From assembly GCA_964016885.1 (NCBI GenBank), contig OZ024749.1, forward strand, positions 7,130,001 to 7,194,000: DNA of 64,000 bases, in the 5' to 3' direction. Each line of letters opens with the position of its first letter. Within the stretch, counting starts at the first letter, position 1. Position numbers and translations under genes: made by a program. The notes under the pieces were generated by a model, which had not been told where the DNA came from, made no database searches, and saw nothing but the letters and a program-made list of their open reading frames with translations. This DNA comes from Eledone cirrhosa (lineage: Eukaryota). This document shows positions 35,601 to 48,387 of this stretch, one piece after another.

Positions 35601-37528
35601 TATCTGTTGTGAAGCTAAGTAAAACAGTATTGGTGGTTGTTAAACCTGGATATCTGTTGTGAAGCTAAGTAAAACAGTATTGGTGGTAGTTAAACCTGGA
35701 TATCTGTTGTGAAGCTAAGCAAAACAGTATTGCTGGTAGTTAAACCTGGATATCTGTTGTGAAGCTAAGTAAAACAGTATTGGTGGTTGTTAAACCTGGA
35801 TATCTGTTGTGAAGCTAAGTAAAACAGTATTGGTGGTAGTTAAACCTGGATATCTGTTGTGAAGCTAAGTAAAACAGTATTGCTGGTAGTTAAACCTGGA
35901 TATCTGTTGTGAAGCTAAGTAAAACAGTATTGGTGGTTGTTAAACCTGGATATCTGTTGTGAAGCTAAGTAAAACAGTATTGCTGGTAGTTAAACCTGGA
36001 TATCTGTTGTGAAGCTAAGTAAAACAGTATTGGTGGTTGTTAAACCTGGATATCTGTTGTGAAGCTAAGTAAAACAGTATTGGTGGTTGTTAAACCTGGA
36101 TATCTGTTGTGAAGCTAAGTAAAACAGTATTGGTGGTAGTTAAACCTGGATATCTGTTGTGAAGCTAAGTAAAAGAGTATTGGTGGTAGTTAAACCTGGA
36201 TATCTGTTGTGAAGCTAAGTAAAACAGTATTGCTGGTAGTTAAACCTGGATATCTGTTGTGAAGCTAAGTAAAACAGTATTGGTGGTTGTTAAACCTGGA
36301 TATCTGTTGTGAAGCTAAGTAAAACAGTATTGGTGGTAGTTAAACCTGGATATCTGTTGTGAAGCTAAGTAAAACAGTATTGGTGGTAGTTAAACCTGGA
36401 TATCTATTGTGGAGCTAAAAACAGTATTGGTGGTTGTTAAACCTGGCTATCTGTTGTGGAGCTAAGTAAAACAGTATTGGTGGTTGTTAAACCTGGATAT
36501 CTGTTGTGAAGCTAAGTAAAACAGTATTGGTGGTAGTTAAACCTGGATATCTGTTGTGAAGCTAAGTAAAACAGTATTGGTGGTTGTTAAACCTGGATAT
36601 CTCTTGTGAAGCTAAGTAAAACAGTATTGGTGGTAGTTAAACCTGGATATCTGTTGTGAAGCTAAGTAAAACAGTATTGGTGGTAGTTAAACCTGGATAT
36701 CTATTGTGGAGCTAAAAACAGTATTGGTGGTTGTTAAACCTGGATATCTGTTGTGGAGCTAAGTAAAACAGTATTGGTGGTAGTTAAACCTGGATATCTG
36801 TTGTGAAGCTAAGTAAAACAGTATTGATGGTTGTTAAACCTGGATATCTGTTGTGAAGCTAAGTAAAACAGTATTGATGGTTGTTAAACCTGGATATCTG
36901 TTGTGAAGCTAAGTAAAACAGTATTGGTGGTAGTTAAACCTGAATATCTGTTGTGAAGCTAAGTAAAACAGTATTGATGGTTGTTAAACCTGGATATCTG
37001 TTGTGAAGCTAAGTAAAACAGTATTGGTGGTTGTTAAACCTGGATATCTGTTGTGGAGCTAAGTAAAACAGTATTGGTGGTAGTTAAACCTGGATATCTG
37101 TTGTGAAGCTAAGTAAAACAGTATTGGTGGTTGTTAAACCTGGATATCTGTTGTGGAGGTAAGTAAAACAGTATTGGTGGTAGTTAAACCTGGATATATG
37201 TTGTGAAGCTAAGTAAAACAGTATTGATGGTTGTTAAACCTGGATATCTGTTGTGAAGCTAAGTAAAACAGTATTGGTGGTAGTTAAACCTGGATATCTA
37301 TTGTGGAGCTAAAAACAGTATTGGTGGTTGTTAAACCTGGATATCTGTTGTGAAGCTAAGTAAAACAGTATTGGTGGTTGTTAAACCTGGATATCTGTTG
37401 TGAAGCTAAATTGTAAAACAGTATTGGTGGCTGTTAAACCTGGATATCTGTTGTGAAGCTAAGTAAAACAGTATTGCTGGTTGTTAAACCTGGATATCTG
37501 TTGTGAAGCTAAAAACAGTATTGCTGGT
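20611..37528. repeat. 50-bp satellite array, roughly 340 monomers
   Basis: Consensus GGTGGT(T/A)GTTAAACCTGGATATCTGTTGTGAAGCTAAGTAAAACAGTATT, with 47-bp and 52-bp indel variants. No spacers and no ORF in the track. Confidence 0.98.
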
Positions 37529-37639
37529 ATAAATATATTTGGAATGTTGTTTTAGAATTAAACAAGAAGCTACATCTATTTATCACCATTTATATTTTAT
37601 AGAGTAAAGTTGAAAAAGGTTATTAACAATTTATTACTT

Positions 37640-38190
37640 CCATTATACATACATACACACATATATTTACATACACATATATATACACATATATATACAT
37701 ACACATATTTACATACACATATATATACACATATATACATATATATATGCATATATATATATACACACACACACAATATATATTAAAAATACATATACAT
37801 ACATACACACATATCAATATATATATATAAATATACAAATATATATACAAATATACACACATATATCAAAATATATATACACATATATAACCCATATATC
37901 AATATATATATACATATATACACATATCAATATATATACATATATACACATATCAATATATATATACACATATATCAATACATATATACATATATATCAA
38001 TATATATATATACACATATATACATATATATCAATATATACATATATCAATATATATATATATACACATATATCAATATATACACATATATCAATACATA
38101 CCAATATATATTTACATATACACACAAAAACACACAAACATATATATATATATATATATATATAAATATACATTATAGATTAATATATAC
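37640..38190. repeat. AT/AC-rich microsatellite
   Basis: Direct inspection. Confidence 0.85.
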
Positions 38191-38390
38191 NNNNNNNNNN
38201 NNNNNNNNNNNNNNNNNNNNNNNNNNNNNNNNNNNNNNNNNNNNNNNNNNNNNNNNNNNNNNNNNNNNNNNNNNNNNNNNNNNNNNNNNNNNNNNNNNNN
38301 NNNNNNNNNNNNNNNNNNNNNNNNNNNNNNNNNNNNNNNNNNNNNNNNNNNNNNNNNNNNNNNNNNNNNNNNNNNNNNNNNNNNNNNNNN
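38191..38390. other. Assembly gap (200 N)
   Basis: Run of N. Confidence 1.
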
Positions 38391-38508
38391 TTGGTCATCC
38401 CTGCTCAATCATATCTATGATTGGCAATGTTCAAGCTATGATTATCCCCATCATTATTTAAACAGAAACAATGGTGGTGTTTGTGGTGGTGGTAATGGAG
38501 ATGGTGGT

Positions 38509-38927
38509 TTAACCCTTTAGCATTTAAACAGGCCATAATCGGCTAGAATTCTCTCATCGCTTTCTGTTCAAACCGGCCGTGAGTGGCCGCTTATACTTAT
38601 GTTAAGATATTGTTCTCAAAATATATAATTGTTTCTACTTTTGGCACAAGCCCAGCAATTACCCCAGTGCATTACTGGTACTTTATTTTATCGACTCCGT
38701 AAACATTAAAAGGCAAAGTTAACCTTGGCAGAATTTGAACTCAGACCGTAAAAGGACGTAACTCTATGCTGCAAAACATGGCATCTGACCCTCTACCAAT
38801 ACTGCCCTCAAAATAAATTATATCAAAATCATGTAGCTTCGATATTATGAGATATCTATGTGAGGTAAAGCCTTTTCTGTTATAATACAATAGTAAATAT
38901 AGAGAAATCTAAATGCTGAAGAGTTAA
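38509..38927 (-). mobile_element. Family P MITE with nested SINE A (~38626-38808, minus strand)
   Basis: TTAACCCTTTAGCATTTAAA ... AAATGCTGAAGAG|TTAA. The SINE is flanked by duplicated CTCAAAATA-like sequence. Confidence 0.75.
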
Positions 38928-38969
38928 CACTACCTTTTTGTCCTAGCTTTGGATGCCTTCAGCATAGAA

Positions 38970-40152
38970 AATTCTGGTTCAGCCATCTTTGGTCAGATTT
39001 CTGACTTGATGCAGGATATTTTCCTCTTTTCCTTACACCTGTCCTAAAGATCTAAAGTCTGTTTTAAACCAGAAGGTTCATAAGGCTGGTGCTTATCCAG
39101 GTTTCATGGTGTGAAGTGACTGAGAATACGAACTTCCCCCTGGACAGGATCCAGTCCATCGCAGGGATAAACTCCCAGCTATTGCTGGTTCTCATTTACA
39201 GCTGAGCATACTGGAACAACCCAGCCTATGAATTGAACCCACAACATAAATGATCGTAAGTCTAACACCCTTACTACTAGGTCATGTGTCTCAACTTGCT
39301 TACACAAGTCCTAGGCCCCTAAAATGGCATAGTATAATACACTGTGCTGTGACCAACCTGATCAGGTTTCTGGATGATCTCAGGATATTCTCCTCCCTTC
39401 CTTAACCCCAGACGTAGGTCCCTAAAATGGGGATAGTATAATACATTTTCCTGCAACCATTCTGAACAGATTTCTGACTGGTCTCAGAATATGTTCCTCT
39501 CTTTCTTAACCCCAGTCCTAGACCCCTAAAATGGAGACAGTATGATACATTACGCTGTAGGCATTCTGAGACCAGGTTCCTGACTAGTCTCAGGATATCT
39601 TCCTCCTTTCCTAACCCCCAGTCCTAGTTTCTTAAAAAGGGCCTAGTATGATACATTGTACAGCAAACATTCTAGCCAGGTGTCTGTCCAGTCTGAACAG
39701 ATCTTTGTCTCTTCCCTACATTAATCTTGTGTCCCTGAAAAGGGCATTATTGCATTCTGTTGCAACTATTCTTTTGGTCAATTTTCTGTCTGGTCTGATG
39801 AAATCTTCTACTCTTTCTTACACCAAACTTAGAGATTCTCACTAATTTATTACCAAAGTTTAGCTCAAGAATAATTGAAGAGAGTATACAATGGTAGTGG
39901 TGATTGTAGCATTAATCCCTGCCTCCATAACCTGGGTTAACACTCTCCCCACTGTCCAATTCATGGATGCCAATAGAACAGTACATTCTACTACAATCAT
40001 TCTGGCCAGGCTTTGCCCTAGTCTGAGGAGGACATCTCTTCCTTACACCAGTCTTAGTCCAGCCCTCATAAACAAAAAGTCATAGTACATTCTGCTAAAA
40101 ACCTGGCAAGTTTTGGATCTGGTCTGAGATTATCTTCCTTTCTTACACCAGT
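38970..40152. repeat. Old diverged ~90-bp tandem repeat, interrupted by a SINE (39085-39295)
   Basis: Recurring ATTCTG..CAG..TCTG..GTCTCAGGATAT..TTCCT..CTTA(C/A)(A/C)CCAGTCCTAG..CCCTAAAA units. Confidence 0.65.
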
Positions 40153-40563
40153 TTAACCCTTTACCATTTACATTACTCTATATATACTATTATATCTTCA
40201 TGGTAAAGGCTTTAACTCACATATCTCACATAACATTTACATTACTCTATATATACTATTGTATCTTCATGGTAAAGGCTTTACCTCATATAATACCTCA
40301 CATAATATCGAATCTATGAGATGTTGATATTATTTATTTTGAGAACAATATCTTAACCCTATAACATTTACATTCCTCTATATTTATTATTATATTTTTG
40401 TGGTAAAGTCTTTATCTTATATAATATTGAATCTATGAGATTTTGATATTTATTTTGAGAACAATACCTTAACGTCAGTATGAGTGGCCAGTTTCTGCCA
40501 GTTTGAACAGAAAGAGGTGAGAGAATTCTGGCTGGATATGGCCGGTTTAAATGCTAAAGGGTT
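40153..40563 (+). mobile_element. Family P MITE(s) with internal duplication
   Basis: TTAACCCTTTACCATTTACATTACTC start, a second start at ~40354, end TTTAAATGCTAAAGGG. Confidence 0.75.
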
Positions 40564-40844
40564 CTTGGATGTGGCCCTCCCTACCCTCACTAAACTATTA
40601 AAAACCTGAGAATAACTGAAGACTATGGTGAGAGATATTGAAAGAGAAGACTTATGATGAAAGCCATGCCATCCATGCCAGTCATGAACAGGTTGTTATA
40701 CTTTCACACCGCGTGTACCTTGGACTACATCATCATCTATTTGTTCAAATCTGTTGTAGTGTCTAATTAATTTGAGGTAGATTTCACTGCTATTTCTAGC
40801 TCTCCTCTCACCAAAATACAACTATGGACTATTATTAAATTTAG

Positions 40845-41067
40845 GGCGGTGGATAGGTAGAATTGGTAGAGCATCGGGCACCATGCTTCGTGACAGAGTT
40901 ACGGCCCTTTACGTTCTGAGTTCAAATCCCTCTGAGGTTAGCTTTGCTTTTCATCCTTACAGGGTCACTAAAATAAACTACCAGTAATGAACTAGGTCGA
41001 TTTAATCGACTTTTCTTCTCCCCTCAAACAATTGCTGGCCTTGTACCTAAAGTAGAAACAATTATTA
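40845..41067 (+). mobile_element. SINE family A, full length
   Basis: GGCGGTGGATAGGTAGAATTGGTAGAGC head, GAGTTCAAATCC B box, core, AGTAGAAACAATTATT end. Confidence 0.8.
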
Positions 41068-41682
41068 GAGCTAAATCAACAAATATAAATAATTATTTGA
41101 ATGTTTGTTGAATTCTTAAACACTTTTGTTTGTTTTTCTCTCAAGTTTATACAGAGTCAGGTGTAAGATCTTCACAAATTGTGGTGTGACCTAGTTTCTA
41201 TTTTTGAAAACACCAAAGTCATTTCCTTAATATTATTAACGCTCTCTGCGTAGACGAATGTCGTGAAATCCTATTTCAAAACCGTCACTTAGATTATATT
41301 GTCTTATGTGTCTAATTAAATTATTAACAATGGATTAGCTAGCGAGAGCTGGGTACAGAGCACAACAGCAGCAGTTTGAAACCTCATTACACCAAAGTTA
41401 ATGCATCAAAGATAGCAAATCTAGTTTCAATTTCTAGGTTGAAATGTAATTTAAATTTCATTGACTTCAATTATTACACCAATAATAAGGTCATGTGAGC
41501 AGGCATGAACATCACAACTCACATTTTATATATGTTGTTGTTGGTGGTGGTGGTGGTGGTGGTGTTTTTTTTTAAATGCGAGTAATTTTTGTTCCTAAAC
41601 AAAAGGAAGTTTTGTTTTGTTTTAAAAGATTCTCATATTTCAAGAATGAACAAATCTGAAAAAGATAGACAATTAGAAAAAG

Positions 41683-41686
<4 letters not shown>

Positions 41687-41776
<90 letters not shown>

Positions 41777-41835
41777 GTGAGAGAGAGAAGGAGAGAGAGA
41801 AGGAGAGAAACACAGAGAAAGAGAGCGAGAGAGGA
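41687..41835. repeat. (GA)n microsatellite
   Basis: Direct inspection. Confidence 0.95.
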
Positions 41836-43721
41836 CAAAATAAAGAGTAAAAAGGGGAGAGAAGATAGAGGCAATAAAATAACAAGGCTTTGTGCCAAGA
41901 CAATAGATACAAATAATTATATAGAGTAGTAGAATCCTGATTATTACCCAACATAAATGAGACCAAAGGGAAGTAATCAGATAAACAAAAAAAACAGTGG
42001 ATAATAAAGGAAGATGAAAGCAAGAGAAGCTGAATGGAATCGGATTATAAGCTTTGAAATATTGTTTGTTAATACTTCTTTCTTAATAATGTCCATTAAC
42101 CATTACACAATATGGAGAAGAAAACCTAATAAAGAAACAAATGATTTATATGAGACAAAAAAACAAAGAAATGAAGAAGGAAACTAACAATTGAGTATAC
42201 TATAAAGTTAATGAGGAAGTTATTTAAATACAATTTAATGAATTAAGTTTGTTATCCTGTTTTTTATTTTCGAATTTTTATTATTTATTTCTACAGGGTG
42301 AGGTAAAAATCACTATACATTTTTAAATTTTCAGTAATTTTTTTTGTATGAAAATGTTAAGAAAATTTTCCCTTTAGATATATATTCCTGGACCATAGAA
42401 ATTACTTTGAAGTAAATTATGAAACATAACATCATGCAAATTCTTTCTATTTTCTGCTTCCTTGAGGCAAATATTTTCTAGCCAGTGTTCCATGACAGGT
42501 TATAATGTAATCTAAACCACAGTTCACCATTGTCATCATCATTACTTTATGTCTGTTTTCCCTGCTAGCAAGGGTTGGACAGGTCTATATAGACAAAACC
42601 AGTACTGAAGCAGGGCTACTGACCTCAAAGACAGGTTGAAGGATCTGCAACTCACATATGGTCATATGTTCTATTAAGTGCACAGGAGAAGTTTTCATGT
42701 CTTTTGACACAAACTGAAGGGTCCCCTCACCAACCACTTTACAGCTTACACTGGGTGTATTTATTATGTAGGACACTAACACTAGGGAAGCTGTCATGTA
42801 ATAGACACAACTGTAGCGCACTCCGAACCCTTTGTTTATGAAGCTTTCTATGGTAGGATAGTCTTCATCTCACCAACCACGTTACAGAATGTACTGTGTG
42901 CTTTTATCATGTGGATTACCAACACTAGGGAAGTTGTCATGTCCTTGACACAGCTGAAGAGTTCTCCCAAACATTTGTTTGGCAAGCTTTCTACAGCTGG
43001 TTGTCCTTCCTATACCAAATAATCTTCTTCAGATCCTGGAATATTTGTGGCTTGTTTACCTAAACTCTTTTATTAAGGTAACCATAAGGGAAAATTTGGG
43101 ATTGGTCAAATCTAAAATTGAAAATTCTTTCTGTTCCTTCCTATATCATTTCTTGTCCTAGTAAGCTATGAAATACAAGTAAAAACTATACACTTTCTTT
43201 CACAGCTCATGAAACGTGTGTCTGACCTGGAATTAATCTTCCCAAAGGTCTAAGTTCAAAATTCACGAAGGTCAACGTTGCCTTTCCTCATTTTGTGTTT
43301 GATAAAGTACCAGTAAAGTACTGGAGTTGATTCTTCCTCTATATTGCTTTCCCACTTTCTCCTTCTCTAGAAGAAATCAGTTGTTTTCAAACCAGGAGAG
43401 GGGATGGACTGTCAGGTTTAAAGGGCACAAGAAACACTCTATGTCACAAGAGTTTCCCCGATGTTTTCATCACACATACATACAACCATACATACATATA
43501 CATACGTATACACACACACACACACACGCACACATACATGCAGACATACATACCTACATATGTGTCACACTCCCCCCCCATGCCTCCCACTCCCACTCGT
43601 GCCCCCCCCCCTCACACACACACACCACGTGCTCCCCCCATACTATCCATGACTACAGACTTCACATCTGTAGATGAAATACCACCAGATATTTAGTCAA
43701 CTCCCCACCTAGTTATATATA

Positions 43722-44020
43722 CAGTCTGTTTGCTTTTTACGCAAACTTGAATTACGCAAACTTGTTTTAAGGCCTCTTGAAAAAATATTATTAAATATTC
43801 ACTTTGCACGAACAATGCACTTTAACGCATGTGGTTTTTATTTTACTTATATCAGAAATATAACATTAGAATTGACAAAGGAAACCATCAGAAATTATAA
43901 TATTTTATAAGAGTTGCATTTCCATTAATTTAAATGGGAAAATTAGGCTTGAATTATGTGAATTGCTTTACATGAAGATGCATTTATGAAAGCATCTCCA
44001 TGTAAAAGGTGAACAGACTA
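43722..44020. mobile_element. Tigger/pogo-like MITE
   Basis: TA|CAGTCTGTTTGCTTTTTAC ... GTAAAAGGTGAACAGACTA, an imperfect 19-bp TIR. Confidence 0.55.
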
Positions 44021-45234
44021 TTTTCAGCTACTTTCCTCATATCTGTCAGTAAATCATAGGATGTCTATAAAAGTATGTTAGTCTTTTTCTCCTCCAACCA
44101 TTGTTTTCACAAATGGGATCTGAACTTAAAGCACATTGCACCACAACACACATTGCAGAGTATTTAATCTGATAATAGTAGTAATAGTAGCAGCTGCAGC
44201 AACATATAACTATTACATCTACTACTACCACCACCACCACTATTACTACTACAATTACTACCAGTGCTACTTTAATCTAATCACACTAATAACTCCACTA
44301 ATTTGCCGTCTTTCCCATGTTTGTGCAATATGTGCAATGCAGCAAATAATATTGTTATGGTCCAATATCTTTGGTATTGGAATAGTTCTGTTGAGCTTTC
44401 CTCCTTGTCTCATCTTTCTGAGTTTAAACATAGCACCAGATTAGTAGCTAGGTAGCATCCATTTAAAGTTAAACATCCTAAATATAAACACAAATTCTAT
44501 TCTAGTAGTTTCTTCTCTCTCACATCTCACCTATGGAATTCTCTTCCAGATTCTTGCTTTCTTGACCACTACAATTTCCAAAAATTCAAAAGCAACAACA
44601 TTTTTCATCTTGTCGCTCTCTGAATTATGTTCTCTCTGTCTTGACCTTTTCCCCTCTCAGTAACCCGTTTCGTTTTAGTAGCCTTGCTTCGAATTATATA
44701 CTCTGTGTCATGTCATTTTCCATTCTCAGTAAACCCTTGTATATTAGTGACTTTGTTTCCTTGCTTAGCGTTATATATTTTTTATTGCATCATTTTCCCT
44801 TCTCGGTAACCCCTTGATTTTAGTGGCTTTATTGTCTTGCTTAGGGGTGAGCAAAAACAAAAACAAAAAGTAAAATAAAAAAAACAGATCTAACATACCA
44901 TTACTTTCATCATCGATTCACCACATAAAATATCCTGGTCAAAAGGATACAGAGATATTTTTGTTCGTTATACCATTAAAAGTATAGAGAAATATTTCTG
45001 TTCTTAAAACCATTCCAGACCTGCTGCTGGTCCTTTGACTTATATAGAAATGGTTGACATTTAAGAAGAAGAAAAATTACTCCAATGTCACAGTTGTTTT
45101 TCAATTTCTTTTCACTAGAAAGGATTGTCTGTCGGAAAGATTTGTGTTATTCACATGTTTAACTATTTCAAAATCCTTTTTATTGCTGGAACAAATTCCT
45201 TGAAAACCCAATTTTTGAAAAATGTCTAAATCCT

Positions 45235-45876
45235 TTAACCCTTTAGCATTTATACCAGCTGTATCCAGCCAGAATTATCTCACCTCTTTCTGTTTAAACC
45301 AGTTGTAACCAACCACTCATACTTATGTTAAGGCATTGTTCTCAAAATAAATAATATCAAAATCTCATACATTCGATATTATGTGAGATATTATGTGAGG
45401 TATTATATGAGGTATTATATGAGGTATTATATGAGGTAAAGCCTTTACCATGAAGATACAAGAGTATATATAGAGTAATGTAAATGTTATGAGAGATATT
45501 ATGTGAGGTAAAGCCTTTACCATGAAGATACAATAGTATATATAGAGTAATGTAAATGTTATGTGAGGTAAAGCCTTTACCATGAAAATATAATAGTATA
45601 TATAGAGTAATGTAAATGTTATGTGAGATATTATGTGAGGTAAAGCCTTTACCATGAAAATACAATAGTATATATAGAATAATGTAAATATTATGAGATA
45701 TTATGTAAGGTATATATAGAGTAATGTAAATGTTATGTGAGATATTATGTGAGGTAAAGCCTTTACCATGAAAATACAATAGTATATATAGAGTAATGTG
45801 AATGTTATGTGAGGTAAAGCCTTTACTGTGAAAATATAATAGTATAAATAGAGTAATGTAAATGCTAAAGGGTTAA
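45235..45876 (-). mobile_element. Family P MITE with internal tandem expansion
   Basis: TTAACCC..GGGTTAA termini. About 7 copies of the 60-72-bp internal GAGGTAAAGCCTTTACCATGAA..GTAAATG unit. Confidence 0.85.
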
Positions 45877-46783
45877 TTCATTTTGTTCTTAACAGGTCAG
45901 ATTTGTTTTGTTTTTTTAATTCTACTGTTAGAAGAAATTATTTGAAGATATTATTCATCCAAGAATTTAAGTTGGTTATAACAACAAACCAGGTTTAAAA
46001 AATATCTACTCTTCTCATCTTTTGTGTGTCAACAGTATGGTGAGGCATGATGTGAACTAATGATGGTGCCATGATAAAACATGCTATACACTGTAAGGTG
46101 GTTTGGATATGAAGCACATCCAGCTGCAGCAAAACATGCCAAACAAAGGATTTCAAAGAACTCTTCAGCCGTGTCAAAGAAATGACAATTTCTCTAGTGT
46201 TGGTGATTGGATAAACGCATCCAGTACACTGTGAAGTGCTTTGTGATAGGAAGGCATCCAGCTGAAGAAACTGTACCAAAAGTGGGAGGAGAGAACTCAC
46301 CGTGCCATATCATGTGAACCACTCTAGTACTGGTACCATGATAGAATGCACTCAGTACAATTTATAAAGTGGTTGGTGATAGGGAGGGCATGTAAACTTA
46401 TCAAACAAAGGATTTAAGAGAACTCTTCAGTGGTGTCAAAGACATGATAACCTTTCTATTACTGGTGCCATAATGAATTGCACCCTGTGAACTCTGTAGA
46501 ATGTGGGAATGTATACAAGTTGCACCTTGTGGACTCTGTAGAATATGGGAACGTATAAAAGTTGTCCCCTGTCGCCAGGCTGTGATTAAGTAGTACTGAC
46601 CCATCCAAACATTGCTATTGAGACAGACAGACATTAAATGATGAAGATGATATACTACCTGTAGGTAGGAATCTGTTTATGATATCTTATGCTTTACTCT
46701 AATGTAAATGAGAGCATATAAATTGAGCTTGAAATATTTTTTCTGACAAAACTGATGATGTTTATGTCATGTCTTATCTACAC

Positions 46784-47078
46784 AGAGGGATAAGTTGTTG
46801 GGTACAGGAGAGAAGACTGAGCTGGTATGGACATGTGATGCGCATGGAGGATGACCGCTGAGTAAAGAAGTGCCAAGAAATCCCAGTAGAAGGAAAACAC
46901 AGTAGAGCAAGACCACGAAAAACATGGGCGGAGGTGGTGAGAGCTGACCTCAGATCGATGAAGCTCACGGAGGAGATGATGAAGGACCGTGACAAGTGGA
47001 GAGATGCTGTGCTGAATAGGACCCATCCCACCCTTGCAAACGGGGAAAAGCGGACATAAAATGATGATGATGATGATG
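46784..47078 (+). mobile_element. 5'-truncated RTE LINE (family with very short 3' UTR)
   Basis: Translates [55 protein letters not shown], then (GAT)n. Second copy at 58980-59190. Confidence 0.85.
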
Positions 47079-47107
47079 TATGTTGTAGAAATTTTGTGTT
47101 CCACATA

Positions 47108-47405
47108 TCATCATCATCAATTTTTCCATGCTTGCATGGGTTAGACACGTTGTCCACGGTGGGAGGAAAGTCTGGCCAGAGTTGGCTATGTCGCACCTTG
47201 CTCTGGCGAGGACTGTAAATTTGGCTGGGTATTTTACAGCTGGATGCCCATCCTAACACCAACCTCATTTACAGTGTGGAACTGGATGGCTCTGTAATGA
47301 GGAGAGACAAGTCAGTCGGCCACGCCGGACTTGTCTCATGGCGGAACCAGAGTTTTGGAGGCCGGTGCTGGGTGGCACTGATACTAGGAACCTAACCCAT
47401 CTCAG

Positions 47406-47410
<5 letters not shown>
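47108..47410 (-). mobile_element. RTE 3' UTR / SINE-like fragment
   Basis: (CAT)n, TTTTCCATGCTTGCATGGGTTAGAC and TACAGCTGGATGCCC..CCTAACACCAACC. Confidence 0.7.
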
Positions 47411-47455
<45 letters not shown>

Positions 47456-47811
47456 AATTTCGATGTGAACATCGTAATCGTACCCATGCAGGGTTCCTAA
47501 TTAAACCCTTTACTTTCCTCTGAGCCTCCGAGGAGCACAAATTGGGCGTAACGTGTAAGAGCTCCTTATAAATATATATTTAATGGTCTGCTTCTCTTCC
47601 TTCAATTTCTTCGATTATAATTGCTCTGCTTATCTTCGCACACTAAATATTAATGCTTCTAATGTTTAAACCCTGTCTGCACAAGCATTGAGCACTAAAG
47701 CACCTCCCTATGGCAATTAATTATCTGTATCGTCTCCTCCAATAACGTTTCTTCTCTCTATTCTCTCTCGCGATACTGTAACATTTTATTATATATATAT
47801 ATATATATATA

Positions 47812-48152
47812 TTAGAAAGTGAGGTTTTTTTTACAAAATGAAAAATAACCGAGGTGTCCTACACGAGTGAAAGTATAAAGAAAAAGAGATGAAATCGAAA
47901 ATGCAACTGAAGTCTTATTTTTTTTAAAAAAATATATATATTTATTTGGTTCCTTTACCGGTTTCGCAGTTCTTCTGCTTTTCAAAAGGTGAGTTGAGAT
48001 GGAGGGTCTGTGGTTGAAAAACCACAGACCCTCCATCTCAACTCACCTTTTGAAAAGCAGAAGAACTGCGAAACCGGTAAAGGAACCAAATAAATATATA
48101 TATTTAAAAAAAAAATAAGACTTCAGTTGCATTTTCGATTTCATCTCTTTTT

Positions 48153-48159
<7 letters not shown>
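47812..48159. mobile_element. Family H6 foldback element with two U3-A8 hammerheads (47952-47989 minus, 48046-48083 plus)
   Basis: ~140-bp near-perfect inverted arms (47874-48015 / 48020-48159) around a GAAA loop. (TA)n flanks. Confidence 0.8.
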
Positions 48160-48193
<34 letters not shown>

Positions 48194-48196
<3 letters not shown>

Positions 48197-48325
48197 AAAT
48201 ACTTGGAACTCTTTTAACCATCTTTTGATCTTATATTATTTTTATACTCCAGTCCTATAAACTGTGGAGTGCTACTTATCCGATATTTGCATTGCTTTAT
48301 CGTGCTATAATAAAACTCACCTCCT

Positions 48326-48328
<3 letters not shown>
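48194..48328 (+). mobile_element. Family H4 copy starting at the hammerhead cleavage site
   Basis: Begins ATAAAATACTTGGAACTCTTTTAACC (= 7062 onward). Its 3' part is the reverse complement of 6832-6897. Confidence 0.8.
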
Positions 48329-48365
<37 letters not shown>

Positions 48366-48387
48366 GCACACACATATATATATGTAT

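Noticed and set aside
20611-37528. CRISPR-like regular array
   Set aside because: Head-to-tail monomers with no unique spacers, no cas genes, and a eukaryotic context.
41125-41420. Possible host exon after a polypyrimidine-AG
   Set aside because: No sustained ORF or recognisable protein motif; cannot be supported without transcripts.
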